Positions 1 to 11,548 of a DNA stretch of 52,082 nucleotides are shown piece by piece. Source of the stretch: Octopus bimaculoides (Eukaryota); NCBI RefSeq assembly GCF_001194135.2, contig NC_068981.1, forward strand, positions 73,796,450-73,848,531. The letters are read 5' to 3'. The stretch's first letter is position 1; each line of letters begins with the position of its first letter. The notes below the pieces were generated by a model. That model searched no databases, had not been told where the DNA came from, and worked only from the letters and a program-made list of their open reading frames with translations. Made by a program: the position numbers and the translations under genes.

Positions 1-39
<39 letters not shown>

Positions 40-499
40 GTGCAGTATGTATTGTATTTATGCATATACTCATTTATAAATATGCGTACATGTATATATG
101 TATGTGTGTATGTATGCATCTATGCTTATATGTGAATAATTGTGTTATATTACTTTTTTAAATATTTAAATTCTTCATGTTGGAAAGGAACTGGTTCCTA
201 AAAATTAAACAAAACTTCATCGCTGGAATTTGGATAACAAAACGGAGATACATGCTGGACTTTTCAAGACTCGCATATTTTTACTGTTCCGGTTACAGAC
301 TGTATTTACAAAACGTGGTCGCTTTCTTTTTTCAAGATTACTATTTAACAATATATTTACAACACCAAGCACACCTAGAATTACATGTATAAATTTGTTC
401 TAGGTATGACTTTAAACTGCATCTAGTTGTGGAGCTTTGGTTCAAGAGTTCCAGGGGTTTTGAGAAGCGTTAAACCATCTCTTAGTCACTATCGTTCCC

Positions 500-960
500 A
501 AGTCTGCTCTGATCCGGAGTAATAGCATCTATCGGGGTCCCAGCTATAGTTTAAAGAGCAACGCAGTCGGGTTGATGAAGCTCGTTAGCTTGGTGCTGGG
601 GTAAACGATCTAGAAGGAAAACTCTGATTCTAAACCTCTGCTGGCTTGTGGCTATATCCAGCCATGAGAAAGGTTTCGACATTAATCCTTGTGAAAAACA
701 AAAAAGCCCCTGAGACAGTTCGACGTTGGCTACGACCTCGTTCTGGAAAATCATATGATGACGCTGGAGCAGAATTGTAACGGATGAGCTGTTCTTTTGG
801 ATCCATCAGTGAGGTGGAGAAGGAGGTACTCGCTACATTGGCAACAACTTGTCCTACGATGCTGCCGGTCAAACACATTATATTGGAGAGAACAAACAAC
901 ACACAAGGGAGGACAACCCGTCCTATCATTTGCGCATCGGGTTGCTCAGCCACAGACAAT
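500..960 (+). mobile_element. Probable 5'-UTR remnant of an RTE-clade LINE
   Basis: Contains GAAGGAAAACTCTGATTCTAAACC (about 613-636), resembling the motif I recall from RTE 5' UTRs. No intact ORF; assignment rests on that motif. Confidence 0.35.
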
Positions 961-984
961 GCAAAAAGTATATATATATATATA

Positions 985-1084
985 TATAAAAGATAATAAG
1001 AGTGAAAAAACTACAGAAGGCTTGTGTTACATGGTTAAAGTATATATTTAAATTATATCAGAAAAATGTTAGAAAAATGTTAGA
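985..1084 (+). repeat. Dispersed repeat, near-identical to 38086-38184; truncated by an N gap
   Basis: Direct match TATAAAAGATAATAAGAGTGAAAAAACTACAGAAGGCTTGTG...GAAAAATGTTAGA with about 2 differences. Confidence 0.85.
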
Positions 1085-1541
1085 NNNNNNNNNNNNNNNN
1101 NNNNNNNNNNNNNNNNNNNNNNNNNNNNNNNNNNNNNNNNNNNNNNNNNNNNNNNNNNNNNNNNNNNNNNNNNNNNNNNNNNNNNNNNNNNNNNNNNNNN
1201 NNNNNNNNNNNNNNNNNNNNNNNNNNNNNNNNNNNNNNNNNNNNNNNNNNNNNNNNNNNNNNNNNNNNNNNNNNNNNNNNNNNNNNNNNNNNNNNNNNNN
1301 NNNNNNNNNNNNNNNNNNNNNNNNNNNNNNNNNNNNNNNNNNNNNNNNNNNNNNNNNNNNNNNNNNNNNNNNNNNNNNNNNNNNNNNNNNNNNNNNNNNN
1401 NNNNNNNNNNNNNNNNNNNNNNNNNNNNNNNNNNNNNNNNNNNNNNNNNNNNNNNNNNNNNNNNNNNNNNNNNNNNNNNNNNNNNNNNNNNNNNNNNNNN
1501 NNNNNNNNNNNNNNNNNNNNNNNNNNNNNNNNNNNNNNNNN

Positions 1542-1583
<42 letters not shown>

Positions 1584-1584
1584 C

Positions 1585-1623
1585 GAGGCAGTATTGGTGA
1601 GGCAGTATTGGTGAGGCAGTATT
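1585..1623. repeat. 14-bp tandem repeat GAGGCAGTATTGGT, about 2.8 copies
   Basis: Seen directly in the sequence. Confidence 0.9.
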
Positions 1624-1929
1624 AATAGCAAGAGGTAATATTTATTACCACTTAAACGGGAATTTTCTGTTAGAACAAACTTTATCGTGGTAGATACCAT
1701 GAGAGAAACTCTCATATGGGCTTTCGGTACTCTTAATTATATCGGTAGCGAGGAGATAAATCCCTACTATCACCAGTGTCAAGACCACCAGACCACATGA
1801 TTTCGACCTTCCTTGGTCTCGCCAATGATGGGCGCTCTACCACGCATCCCCTGCCAACAATATATAGATAATTAATGCCAGGACAGGCGTTGGTGTCGCA
1901 ATTAGCCAGTGTGCTTGTTAATATACACA

Positions 1930-2165
1930 TATATTTACCATGTTGAACCGTTAATTCCTACACATCTTTTTCACTCTCCGTTTTATTTATTTTTTTTTTT
2001 TGTTCTCTCTTCAATTTTTTTTCCTCTTAATCCTTTTTGTCGAAGTGTATAGGCTCAAAACGTCAAAGACTTTTCCATTCTTCCCGAGCGTTAAACTAAT
2101 ACACCTGCTTGTTGTTACTTCACCTGTCTTCGTCTTTTGTTTTCTATAAACTTGAGCTATATATA
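1930..2165 (+). mobile_element. (TA)n-anchored interspersed repeat, possibly a Penelope-like terminal repeat
   Basis: GTCGAAG...GGCTCAAAACGTCAAAGAC...CACCTGTCTTCGTCTTTTGT, ending in (TA)n. A partial second copy is at about 42225-42270. The family assignment is inference. Confidence 0.35.
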
Positions 2166-2352
2166 TGAGCTACAAGGTGCATTATGTGTGTGTGTGTGTG
2201 TGTGTGTGTGTNNNNNNNNNNNNNNNNNNNNNNNNNNNNNNNNNNNNNNNNNNNNNNNNNNNNNNNNNNNNNNNNNNNNNNNNNNNNNNNNNNNNNNNNN
2301 NNNNNNNNNNNNNNNNNNNNNNNNNNNNNNNNNNNNNNNNNNNNNNNNNNNN

Positions 2353-3044
2353 GTCCAGGACCCTTCTCACAGCATCCTTCATCCCGAGGTTCTCCTTCAG
2401 CATGGGGAAGCTTGGGGAACAGCCAAAAGTCACAGGGAGCAAGATCTGAACTGTAGGGACTGAAGGACAGTTTTGATGCTCACCTTTGTCAAATAGTCGG
2501 TTACCAAGATGCTTGTCATTGAGCACTCTAGGAACAAACTTTCCACAAATTTCACGCAGGTTCAGATCTTCATGAATAATTCTGTGTACGGTTACCACAT
2601 CAATTCCAAACTGCATGCTTACTGCCTTCATAGTCACACGATCTTCAACCAGAAAATTGCAAATTTTCTCAATCAGCTCTGATATACTGACGTTCCTCTC
2701 CCTCCCACACCTTTCATTGTCTCTCCCCTCTCTCTCTTCGTCTCTGACGTTGTTGAACTTCTTGTGTCAGCGAAACAGTTAATCTATAAGCAGTCTGGAG
2801 CATTTCATAAAGTCTTTGTAGTGTTTTTTGTCCAGTTTGACACAAACGTCTTGATTGTATTCTGCAAACTAGTCAGCTTTGATAAACAGTGTTCAAAGAG
2901 CTGTTACAAACGTTTCCTTCAATCTAAAGTTAGCAGGTCAACTTATTAGATGTATAGTAATGGTTTACTAAAATTACAATAATCTAGAACTGTTATAACT
3001 GCCTCTCCTAAAATGGTCTCAGAACCTCAAGAATGCACCCCGTA
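2353..3044 (-). mobile_element. Internally deleted mariner (Tc1/mariner) element
   Basis: The minus strand encodes N-terminal transposase remnants (YEMLQTAY; TVHRIIHEDLNLREICGKFVPRVL) joined to C-terminal YSSDLAPCDFWLFPKL...MKDAVRRVLD. The 5' end is TA-CGGGGTG at 3044; the 3' end is lost in a gap. Confidence 0.85.
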
Positions 3045-3136
3045 TGTAAGTATGTATGTATGTATGTATGCATGTATGCATGTATTTCTCTGTCTATCTC
3101 TTTCTCCCTATATATATGTGTGTGTGTGTGTGTGTG

Positions 3137-3211
3137 TCCTCTACTATAGCCTCGGACCGACCAAAGCCTAGTGAGTGAATTTGGTAGACAGAAACTGAAA
3201 GAAGCCTATCG

Positions 3212-3212
<1 letters not shown>
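3137..3212 (+). mobile_element. SINE fragment, family C ('ctactatagcctcggNccgaccaaagcc' type)
   Basis: Matches copies at 8848, 12958, 27485, 40205, 41680 and 46960. Confidence 0.75.
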
Positions 3213-3257
<45 letters not shown>

Positions 3258-3767
3258 NNNNNNNNNNNNNNNNNNNNNNNNNNNNNNNNNNNNNNNNNNN
3301 NNNNNNNNNNNNNNNNNNNNNNNNNNNNNNNNNNNNNNNNNNNNNNNNNNNNNNNNNNNNNNNNNNNNNNNNNNNNNNNNNNNNNNNNNNNNNNNNNNNN
3401 NNNNNNNNNNNNNNNNNNNNNNNNNNNNNNNNNNNNNNNNNNNNNNNNNNNNNNNNNNNNNNNNNNNNNNNNNNNNNNNNNNNNNNNNNNNNNNNNNNNN
3501 NNNNNNNNNNNNNNNNNNNNNNNNNNNNNNNNNNNNNNNNNNNNNNNNNNNNNNNNNNNNNNNNNNNNNNNNNNNNNNNNNNNNNNNNNNNNNNNNNNNN
3601 NNNNNNNNNNNNNNNNNNNNNNNNNNNNNNNNNNNNNNNNNNNNNNNNNNNNNNNNNNNNNNNNNNNNNNNNNNNNNNNNNNNNNNNNNNNNNNNNNNNN
3701 NNNNNNNNNNNNNNNNNNNNNNNNNNNNNNNNNNNNNNNNNNNNNNNNNNNNNNNNNNNNNNNNATA

Positions 3768-3801
<34 letters not shown>

Positions 3802-3822
3802 CATATATATACACGCATATAT

Positions 3823-4730
3823 GGGTACAGGTTGTCACCAACAGTGACGTCCTCTAACCAACATGAGTATTATTCCCTTCAGGGGACTGTCACATTAACA
3901 ACATGAAATACGAGTACAAATGAGGGGGAAATAGTGAACATTGAGAGAAATATTTCTCTCAGCGTTCACTATTTCCCCCTCGTTCTGGTTTGACGACCCT
4001 CCATGTTTATTTTCGTTCGGTTTCCTTGTATGTCTCCGCTGTCCTGTTTTTGTTGCCAACTTTGACCCTCCTTAAATCCCAGATTTTATTTTGCTATTTA
4101 TGGGAGCAACTGTCTTCGAAGACTCATATTGTCGTTGATTGCTCGAAATGGGGAGTAGATAAACAGCCGACAACTGATGAAGGGTCGATCGTTGTATTCT
4201 TTTTATTACTTGTCCTGTTTTTCATTTTTTCTCTCGTTGTTTGCGTATTTAACTAATTTGTTCTCGTATTTCGTGTTCTTTACTGTTGGTGACATCCTGT
4301 ACCCAAACCAATATTGTATTTCTGGACGGTCATTTTCTGTTTTTGCAAAATAAACAAACGTACTATATATTTTTCTTCACTCAAGTATTACTGTTCTTAT
4401 TTTATTATTTTAACTCAATGTACATGAGCTAAGATAAGAAGATAAGAACAGTAATAAACGAAATAATGCATTTCTAAATCTATCAGAGAGATTTATGCAG
4501 TAGTGATACGATGAAGTAGTTGTATGCTGTCAACTTAACGTGACAGCATGCTTGTCTCCCCCTTGTAAACATAAGGACACAGGAAGTGTGTCAAGGCCGA
4601 CAGGAAGCGGTGCAGCTTCCTAGGTCTAACTAACAGTAGTATTATTCCCTTCAGGGGACTGTCACATTAAGTTGACAGCATACAACTACTTTAGTAATAA
4701 ACGAGTGAAGAAAAAGTATATAGTGCATGT
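3823..4730. mobile_element. Unclassified non-coding element with interlocking direct and inverted repeats
   Basis: 23-bp inverted repeat (3823-3845 / 4282-4304), 33-bp direct repeat (3866-3898 / 4638-4670), 60-bp palindrome (3922-3981) and 33-bp inverted repeat (4514-4546 / 4659-4691). Confidence 0.55.
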
Positions 4731-5502
4731 GTTTATTTGACAAAAAAAATTACCATCCCGAAATACAGCAATATGTATNNNNNNNNNNNNNNNNNNNNNN
4801 NNNNNNNNNNNNNNNNNNNNNNNNNNNNNNNNNNNNNNNNNNNNNNNNNNNNNNNNNNNNNNNNNNNNNNNNNNNNNNNNNNNNNNNNNNNNNNNNNNNN
4901 NNNNNNNNNNNNNNNNNNNNNNNNNNNNNNNNNNNNNNNNNNNNNNNNNNNNNNNNNNNNNNNNNNNNNNNNNNNNNNNNNNNNNNNNNNNNNNNNNNNN
5001 NNNNNNNNNNNNNNNNNNNNNNNNNNNNNNNNNNNNNNNNNNNNNNNNNNNNNNNNNNNNNNNNNNNNNNNNNNNNNNNNNNNNNNNNNNNNNNNNNNNN
5101 NNNNNNNNNNNNNNNNNNNNNNNNNNNNNNNNNNNNNNNNNNNNNNNNNNNNNNNNNNNNNNNNNNNNNNNNNNNNNNNNNNNNNNNNNNNNNNNNNNNN
5201 NNNNNNNNNNNNNNNNNNNNNNNNNNNNNNNNNNNNNNNNNNNNNNNNNNNNNNNNNNNNNNNNNNNNNNNNNNNNNNNNNNNNNNNNNNNNNTTTTACA
5301 GAAGATCGGCTTTGTGGAGTTCCCATACTACTCGTTTCTTTCCCGCAGTTGTTGACTTAAAATGGATGAGAATAAAACATTAATGGCATCAGTCTCAAAA
5401 TGCTTAAGAGGGTCTAGACTTGCGACATTGATAACTTGGCAATGAATATTCTTCTGTGACACCCAGAATATAAAATGGCAATAAAATGTCCGAGAAAACT
5501 GT

Positions 5503-5775
5503 TTGTATGTATGTATGAATATGCATGTAATTGTGTATATGTATGCATGTATGTGTACATATGTATCTATGTATCTATGTATGTATCTATGTGTGCATGT
5601 GTATGTATGTGAGTATGGTCATATGCATGCATGTATATATGCATGTGAGTATGTGTGTTTCTATGCTTGCATGAGTGTGTACATCTGCGTATATGTATGT
5701 ATGAATATATGTATGTGTCTATGTGTGAATGCATGCATGTATATGTGCGTATGTATATATGGATGGATGGATGGA
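5503..5775. repeat. Degenerate (ATGT)n/(GT)n/(GGAT)n low-complexity tract
   Basis: Seen directly in the sequence. Confidence 0.9.
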
Positions 5776-6496
5776 TGGGGAAAGATACGGCAGTACCTCG
5801 GATGACAGAGCAACCCTTTCCACGGAATCATCTGTTAATTAGAAAAGGACCTGGAAAAATTAGGTCTAAACAAAGTCTGCCCAATTCCGGAACAGGCCAA
5901 GAATGCTGCAGCTGGCGGGTCATAGTGTCATCCAAGAAACTTACAACATTCCAGTAAGTAATCATACTAGGATGTCTGCGTACCTCTATATCTCATTCTG
6001 TCGCTTGAACACACACTGCAGATTTCATCTCCGTTAATGTAATCTAAAAATGAAATCTCGGAGAAGTTTCCTGTTAGTTTTTTTCCCCCGATGTTATTTT
6101 CGGAGAGAATATTTGAGCTGAGGTAGGCAAGTTAATGAAATACTCGTCAATTATTTATCATTAACGTAACGTATCTGCCAATTGTCACATACGTATAAAC
6201 AAATTTACAACTCATTTTCTCTTGTGCACGTATTTGTATATTTCTCCGCATTGTATTCGTCGGTGTAAGCACGTTAATTTCTTTGTAATCGCCATTAAAG
6301 TAAATATTTATATATAATATGTATGAAGCATTGTATTATTTCATGAAGGGAAAAAGTATATTAGCTCTTTCACTGTTATGATGAAATTCTGTTAATTACC
6401 TAACAACTAATAACAAAGATAACATGTAGGTACCTGTTTTATGAAATGTTAGCTAATTCCACTGAATAAATCACAGCATACAACTAATATAGACAA

Positions 6497-6499
<3 letters not shown>

Positions 6500-6528
<29 letters not shown>

Positions 6529-6960
6529 CTTCTTCTTCTTCTTCTTCTTCTTCTTCTTCTTCTTCTTCTTCTTCTTCTTCTTCTTTATATGCTCTGTCTA
6601 CAGATGACAGCGATCATGAACCTGCAGCCCCGCCAGTTCCACACACTACTTGGCGTGTTATTGGCCTGTTACTGAGGCCAGCAGAGAAGGCCATCAAGTC
6701 GCTTCTCTTACCAACTTTCCCAGCTCTGAAAACTATTCTTCTAACAGGTTCATTAAAGTAAACCTATTGTCTTCTTATGTCATTAAGAAACTTCCTGATG
6801 GCCTTTGCTAGTCTAAGGACCTCACCCTATCTGTACTGTACACCTTCAACATTTATCTAAGGGGCCACTTCTCTGCAGCTTCAATAAAATTTTACACTTT
6901 GTTGATGCTTTAGGTTACACAACCATATGCAGTCCTGAGTTGTATGACGAAAGTGTATAT
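6500..6960 (-). mobile_element. 3' end of a decayed RTE-like LINE with a (GAA)n tail
   Basis: Minus-strand peptide TAYGCVT*...EAAEKWPLR*MLKVYSTDRVRS resembles the RTE thumb region (LYGCETW..LEAAEMWFLRRML..SWTDRV). It ends in (GAA)n, seen as (TTC)n at 6500-6584 on the plus strand. Confidence 0.6.
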
Positions 6961-7121
6961 TTATTTAAAACTTAATATTACAATATTGACCGTGAAACTT
7001 CAACATTACAATTAGCCGGATTAGTTAAGGGTTAGACAAGCATTCAGATGACTGGGCAGTTCCTTGTTCTAATACTAACTATAAAGAACTTATATTATGC
7101 GAAGGTCTAAACAACTGTGCG

Positions 7122-7341
7122 AAGGTAGTGAGCTGGCAGAATCGTTAGTACTTCTGTAAAAATGCTTAACGGCATTTCGTCCGTCTTTGCGGTCTCAGTT
7201 CAAATTTCGCAGAGGTCGACTTTAACTTTCATCCTTTTATGGGTCGATTAAATAAGTACCAGTTGAGCACTGGGGGGTCAATGTTATCAACTTACCCACC
7301 ACCCCGAAATTGCCAGCCTTGTGCCAAAATTTCAAACCATT
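7122..7341 (+). mobile_element. tRNA-derived SINE, family A ('ggcggcgagctggcagaatcgttag' head)
   Basis: A-box-like head, B-box GTTCAAAT, and the shared body gtcgactttNNctttcatcc...aataagtaccagtt found in more than 10 copies in the window. Confidence 0.85.
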
Positions 7342-7416
7342 GTCGAAACTGTGAACTGTAACGTAAAATTATGAGTAACAGTTTGTGAAGGGTGGGTGGT
7401 AGGGTCAACTTTAATA

Positions 7417-7447
<31 letters not shown>

Positions 7448-8789
7448 ATAGTTTTATACTGTAAGAGAATCTTGTGTCGTACAACTCACATTATGGAAGG
7501 AACACGTTTCTTGGATGTTACTATATTTCGTCAGCTGCGGCTTTACTGGCCTGTTCCAGAATAAGGCACACTTTGTTTAGACCACGTTTTTCAGCTCCTT
7601 TTCTTATTTTAACAGGTGAGCAGCGCTTTCCGTAGAAAGGGTTGCTCAGTCATCTGAGGGGCTGCCGTATCTCTTCACATCCATCCACCCATCCATCCAC
7701 CCACAGGTTTGAGAATTAGAATATTGGCATTGTTTTTGCCTCTCTTCATTTATAATACATACTAAGAGGGTGGCTATACTTGTTTGTTATTGATTAAGCA
7801 AAAGAAGAACGGGACCTATAACCTTTACAAACTTTCCGAGACAATTGAAATTGATGCAGCTCACGAGTTTATAATCAAAATATCCTGAGTTCCTTCCTGG
7901 ACCGAGTGATACGTTGCATCCTTGAGCAAAGCACTTCACTTTATGTTGCTCTCATTCATTCATCCTTTATCCACTCCAGTCGGGTGCTTGTGCAGTTATA
8001 ACCCCCTTTCCAGTTGTTACAACCTGAGTATTCTGCTGGATCAAAGATGAAAGTACCAAGAGAATGTTTATATTTGCTTGTGGCTGCAGAGGCCACCAAA
8101 ATGATTCGAAAAAGTATGACATATTTTTGCCAATTGTTTCAGAGGTCTATGTAGGCGTGAATGAAGTTAGCTTCATTGAAGGTTAGGAAATGAGATTAAC
8201 AGTAAATTTGATATATTTTTCTGGAGATTTTTTCAACCCTTTAAAACGATTCATTCCAGCAGTTGAAATAGAGTAAAGAAAATCAAATTTCATGCACCGT
8301 CTGTTGTTGCTGTTTAACCCAAGTCAATCTTGATCAAGCAGACGTATGGTCAAAGGCGTTCCAGTGAAGACCCTTCCAATGTTTTGCATATCTGCGATTA
8401 CATCGTTTCTCTTTTTCAAAGATAGTATGGCCTTAATTGCTAACAGTAGCAATTTGAATAATCGTGTAGAGCAGAGATGCACTTTTTTCGTCCAAAGGGC
8501 CAAATCATGAACTCAATCACTCAAGGCGGGTCGCAAAGTATATCATATAATTTGGATGATCAAGAAACATACAAAAACAGTAGTATAGAAAAGAAATATA
8601 ATAATAAAAGTTGATAAATACTATTATGCGCGTTTTCAATGTGTGATTGTGGTACAAGCAGTTCGCTATGTTAATTTTCAGTTATTTATTAAAATAGCAA
8701 AGTCTTTACAAAATGGTTTGTAGGCCGCACAAAATGCCTTTGCGGGCCACACGTTGTGTTTTACGAGTGTAGAGGCTTGGATTTTTTCA

Positions 8790-8988
8790 TTGTCCGGTGC
8801 GGTAACGATTTTGTCAGCCCGCAGCCTTAGAGGATACAATACATTGTTGCAGGCATAGCTGTGTTGTTAATACGTTTGCTTTGAAACCAGGTGGTTTCAG
8901 GTTCAGTCTTGCTGCATGACATCTGCATAAGCAAGTGACTCCAACTATAAACCTTTGGCTGTCCATACCCCATGAGTGAATTTGATCA
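8790..8988 (+). repeat. 199-bp near-identical copy of 12901-13099 (a SINE-A head / SINE-C head junction)
   Basis: By-eye alignment shows one substitution (cattgTtgc versus cattgCtgc). Confidence 0.9.
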
Positions 8989-9101
8989 GAAGAGAGATTC
9001 GAAACGACGCAAACGATCGTGGGTCAGAATATCTGATGCTCTGATTAATGTACAAGGGTTACCCTTGAACCTGATGTCATAGACCACTCGGCCAGTCTCA
9101 C
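8984..9101 (-). pseudogene. trnL: Decayed intron-containing tRNA-Leu(CAA) pseudogene
   Basis: The minus strand reads GTGAGACTGGCCGAGTGGTCTATGACATCAGGTTCAAG-[34-nt intron]-TTCTGA...GCGTCGTTTCGAATCTCTCTTCTGA. This aligns with metazoan tRNA-Leu(CAA), GTCAGGATGGCCGAGTGGTCTAAGGCGCCAGACTCAAG/TTCTGG...GTTCGAATCCCACTTCTGACA. The anticodon stem pairs; the acceptor and T stems are broken. Confidence 0.7.
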
Positions 9102-9459
9102 AATTCTTTTATTAAGCCAGTTTTGCGATAAGGGGATTAGAATAACGACACCGAAAATAGAATGGAATGCAACACATACACGCATACATACACACAAACA
9201 CACAAACATATATACGTACATACACACATACATACAAACGTGCATGTATTTATGAGTGTGTATGTATGTATATAATTAATAAACTGATTATCTGATAAGT
9301 TCCTGTCTTTGATAATCAACTCTGGTTTGAGTCATATATCTAATAATGAAAATAATTACCACTATTTTTGTGTTTTAATATTTCCTTGGAGAGCAACGAA
9401 TTCTTCGAATTTTTCGAATAACGTGCTCATGTGCGTTTCATAGAAGTGTGTGCGCCTGT

Positions 9460-9516
<57 letters not shown>

Positions 9517-9779
9517 TTAGTCTCTCTTTGTGTTTATTAATTATTGTGTTGTTTAACCCTAAGCCAGAGCAATGATCAAAAGTGTTCCAACCATAACTAA
9601 GCCGTCTATTTTCATATTTTTAATATAAAGGTGCGGACGTGCATACATAAATATATAAATACATACATCTATATACACATACAAACATGTACACACATAG
9701 ATACATACATATATATACGTATGTATATATACATACATACATACAAAACATCATAAGATTTGGAAGGTAGCTCCTTGAG

Positions 9780-10910
9780 CAACATTCTTTGATAACCTAG
9801 AATACATGCCCAAAGAAGTCGCACGACTCTATCGCAACGTATCATCAGATGAAATGATGAGCCTGTATGAGCAGAAGACTATGCATGGATATATTAGTAG
9901 AAAGTTCCGTGGTGATAGTAACATCGATCATCAAAGCAGTTTATCATGGAGCAATAGCGAGATTACTACCTCCCACTTTGAAGGGTATGTGTTTACAATC
10001 CAGGAACAGGAAATATCAGCCAAGTACCTAATGCACAAAATAAAATAGAGATGCAGAAAAAGCAGTAAAACGTGATAACCGATGTAGACTTCGTGGAGTA
10101 AACACTGAAGATACCACCCACATTATAAGCAGTTGTCCGAAAATGTCATCACGGTATTATGTACTGATGAGACATGATGTTGTAGCTTAGACACTCTATA
10201 ATGAAATCCGCCGGAAGGATAATCCCGAGGACAAAGAAATAAGAACCCACAGTGTGGTATAAGCCATAGCCACTCATAATAGAAGGGCGTATTGGTGGAA
10301 TGTCCCAGTGAAGACCTCAATAAATTATAAGCACAACAGACATAATATAATTATTTGGAGTAGAGAAGAGAAACTGTGTACAGTTGTGGAAATTAGCTAC
10401 CCCGCGGATGTTAACATAAAGCTGAAGATCAGTGAAAAAGAGAATATCTACGCTGAACTATTGAGAAATCTGCAGTTACTCTATCCAGATTACAAGTTCA
10501 GGTTTATACCTATAGTTAATGAGGCCCTAAGGTTTGTAACATACTGACTAAATACCAATCTTGAAGAATTAGGCTTCTCAAAAAAAGAAAGAATAAAGCT
10601 AATTCGAAGACTATAACTCCAATCCATCACTGGAACTATCTATAAAATTTCCAGAAGTTTATCATTTAAATACATCTGAGCATGTCTAGATATGCAACTA
10701 TATGTATGATAATACATACAAATAGCAAAGCATACAAATCTGCACACATACATACATACATGCATACATAAATACAAACAAACAATAAAAAACTACGCTG
10801 TTGTTGATGTTGAAATTTCAATGAAGGAGCCTTCGATCTCGGTGAGAAACCGGCTCTCCCTCTATTGGCAAAAAATCTTGAAATAAACTGAACAATGAAA
10901 TACATACATA
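9780..10910 (+). mobile_element. 5'-truncated non-LTR retrotransposon with an RLE endonuclease (R4/Dong-like), decayed, including the 3' UTR
   Basis: Peptides FEGYVFTIQEQEISAKY, the CCHC knuckle CRL..NTEDTTHIISSCPKMS, and the RLE domain KHNRHNIIIWSREEKLCTVVEISYPADVNIKLKISEKENIY. Several stops and frameshifts. Confidence 0.85.
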
Positions 10911-11004
10911 CATATTTCTGGTGGATCAAATTTGGTAAGTAGCATACACGAAACTAATGAGTCACCCTAAGTAATTTAAACCCGAATCTCTCTCTCCCTC
11001 TCTC

Positions 11005-11038
<34 letters not shown>

Positions 11039-11159
11039 CCCCTCTCTCTCTCCCTNNNNNNNNNNNNNNNNNNNNNNNNNNNNNNNNNNNNNNNNNNNNN
11101 NNNNNNNNNNNNNNNNTCTCTCTCCCCTCTCTCTCCCCTCTCTCTCTGTATATATATAT

Positions 11160-11455
11160 GAAGGCGCGTGGCTTTGGTGATTAGGGGATTCGACTCCCGA
11201 TTGTAAGGTCGTGAATTCGATTCCCAGTCACGCGTTGTGTCCTTGAGCAAGACACTTTATTTCACATTGCTCCAGTCCACTCAGCTGGTAAAAATGAGTA
11301 GTACCTGTACTGCAAAGGGCTAGCCTTGTCACACTTTGTGTCACGCTGAATTACGTTAACGGTACACGTATCTATGGAGTGCTCACCCGCTTACACGTTA
11401 ATTTTACGCGTAGTCTGTTCCGTTGCTCGGGTCAACTGGAGCACTCGTCGTCGGT
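11160..11455 (+). mobile_element. tRNA-derived SINE, family B, with a CORE-like central block
   Basis: Head GGCGCGTGGC..TGGT..AGGG and B-box TTCGATTCC. The block CCTTGAGCAAGACACTT resembles the CORE-SINE motif. The 3' module is shared with 41231-41575. Confidence 0.8.
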
Positions 11456-11464
11456 ATGTGTTCC

Positions 11465-11508
<44 letters not shown>

Positions 11509-11509
11509 T

Positions 11510-11548
<39 letters not shown>

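Noticed and set aside
177-392. 71-aa ORF and a possible short minus-strand exon (EPVPFQHEEFKYLK) near 150-198
   Set aside because: No recognisable domain, a weak donor, and no other minus-strand exons to join.
5820-5960. LEKDLEKLGL..AKNAA stretch resembling a retrotransposon C-terminus
   Set aside because: Too short and too frameshifted to assign by eye.
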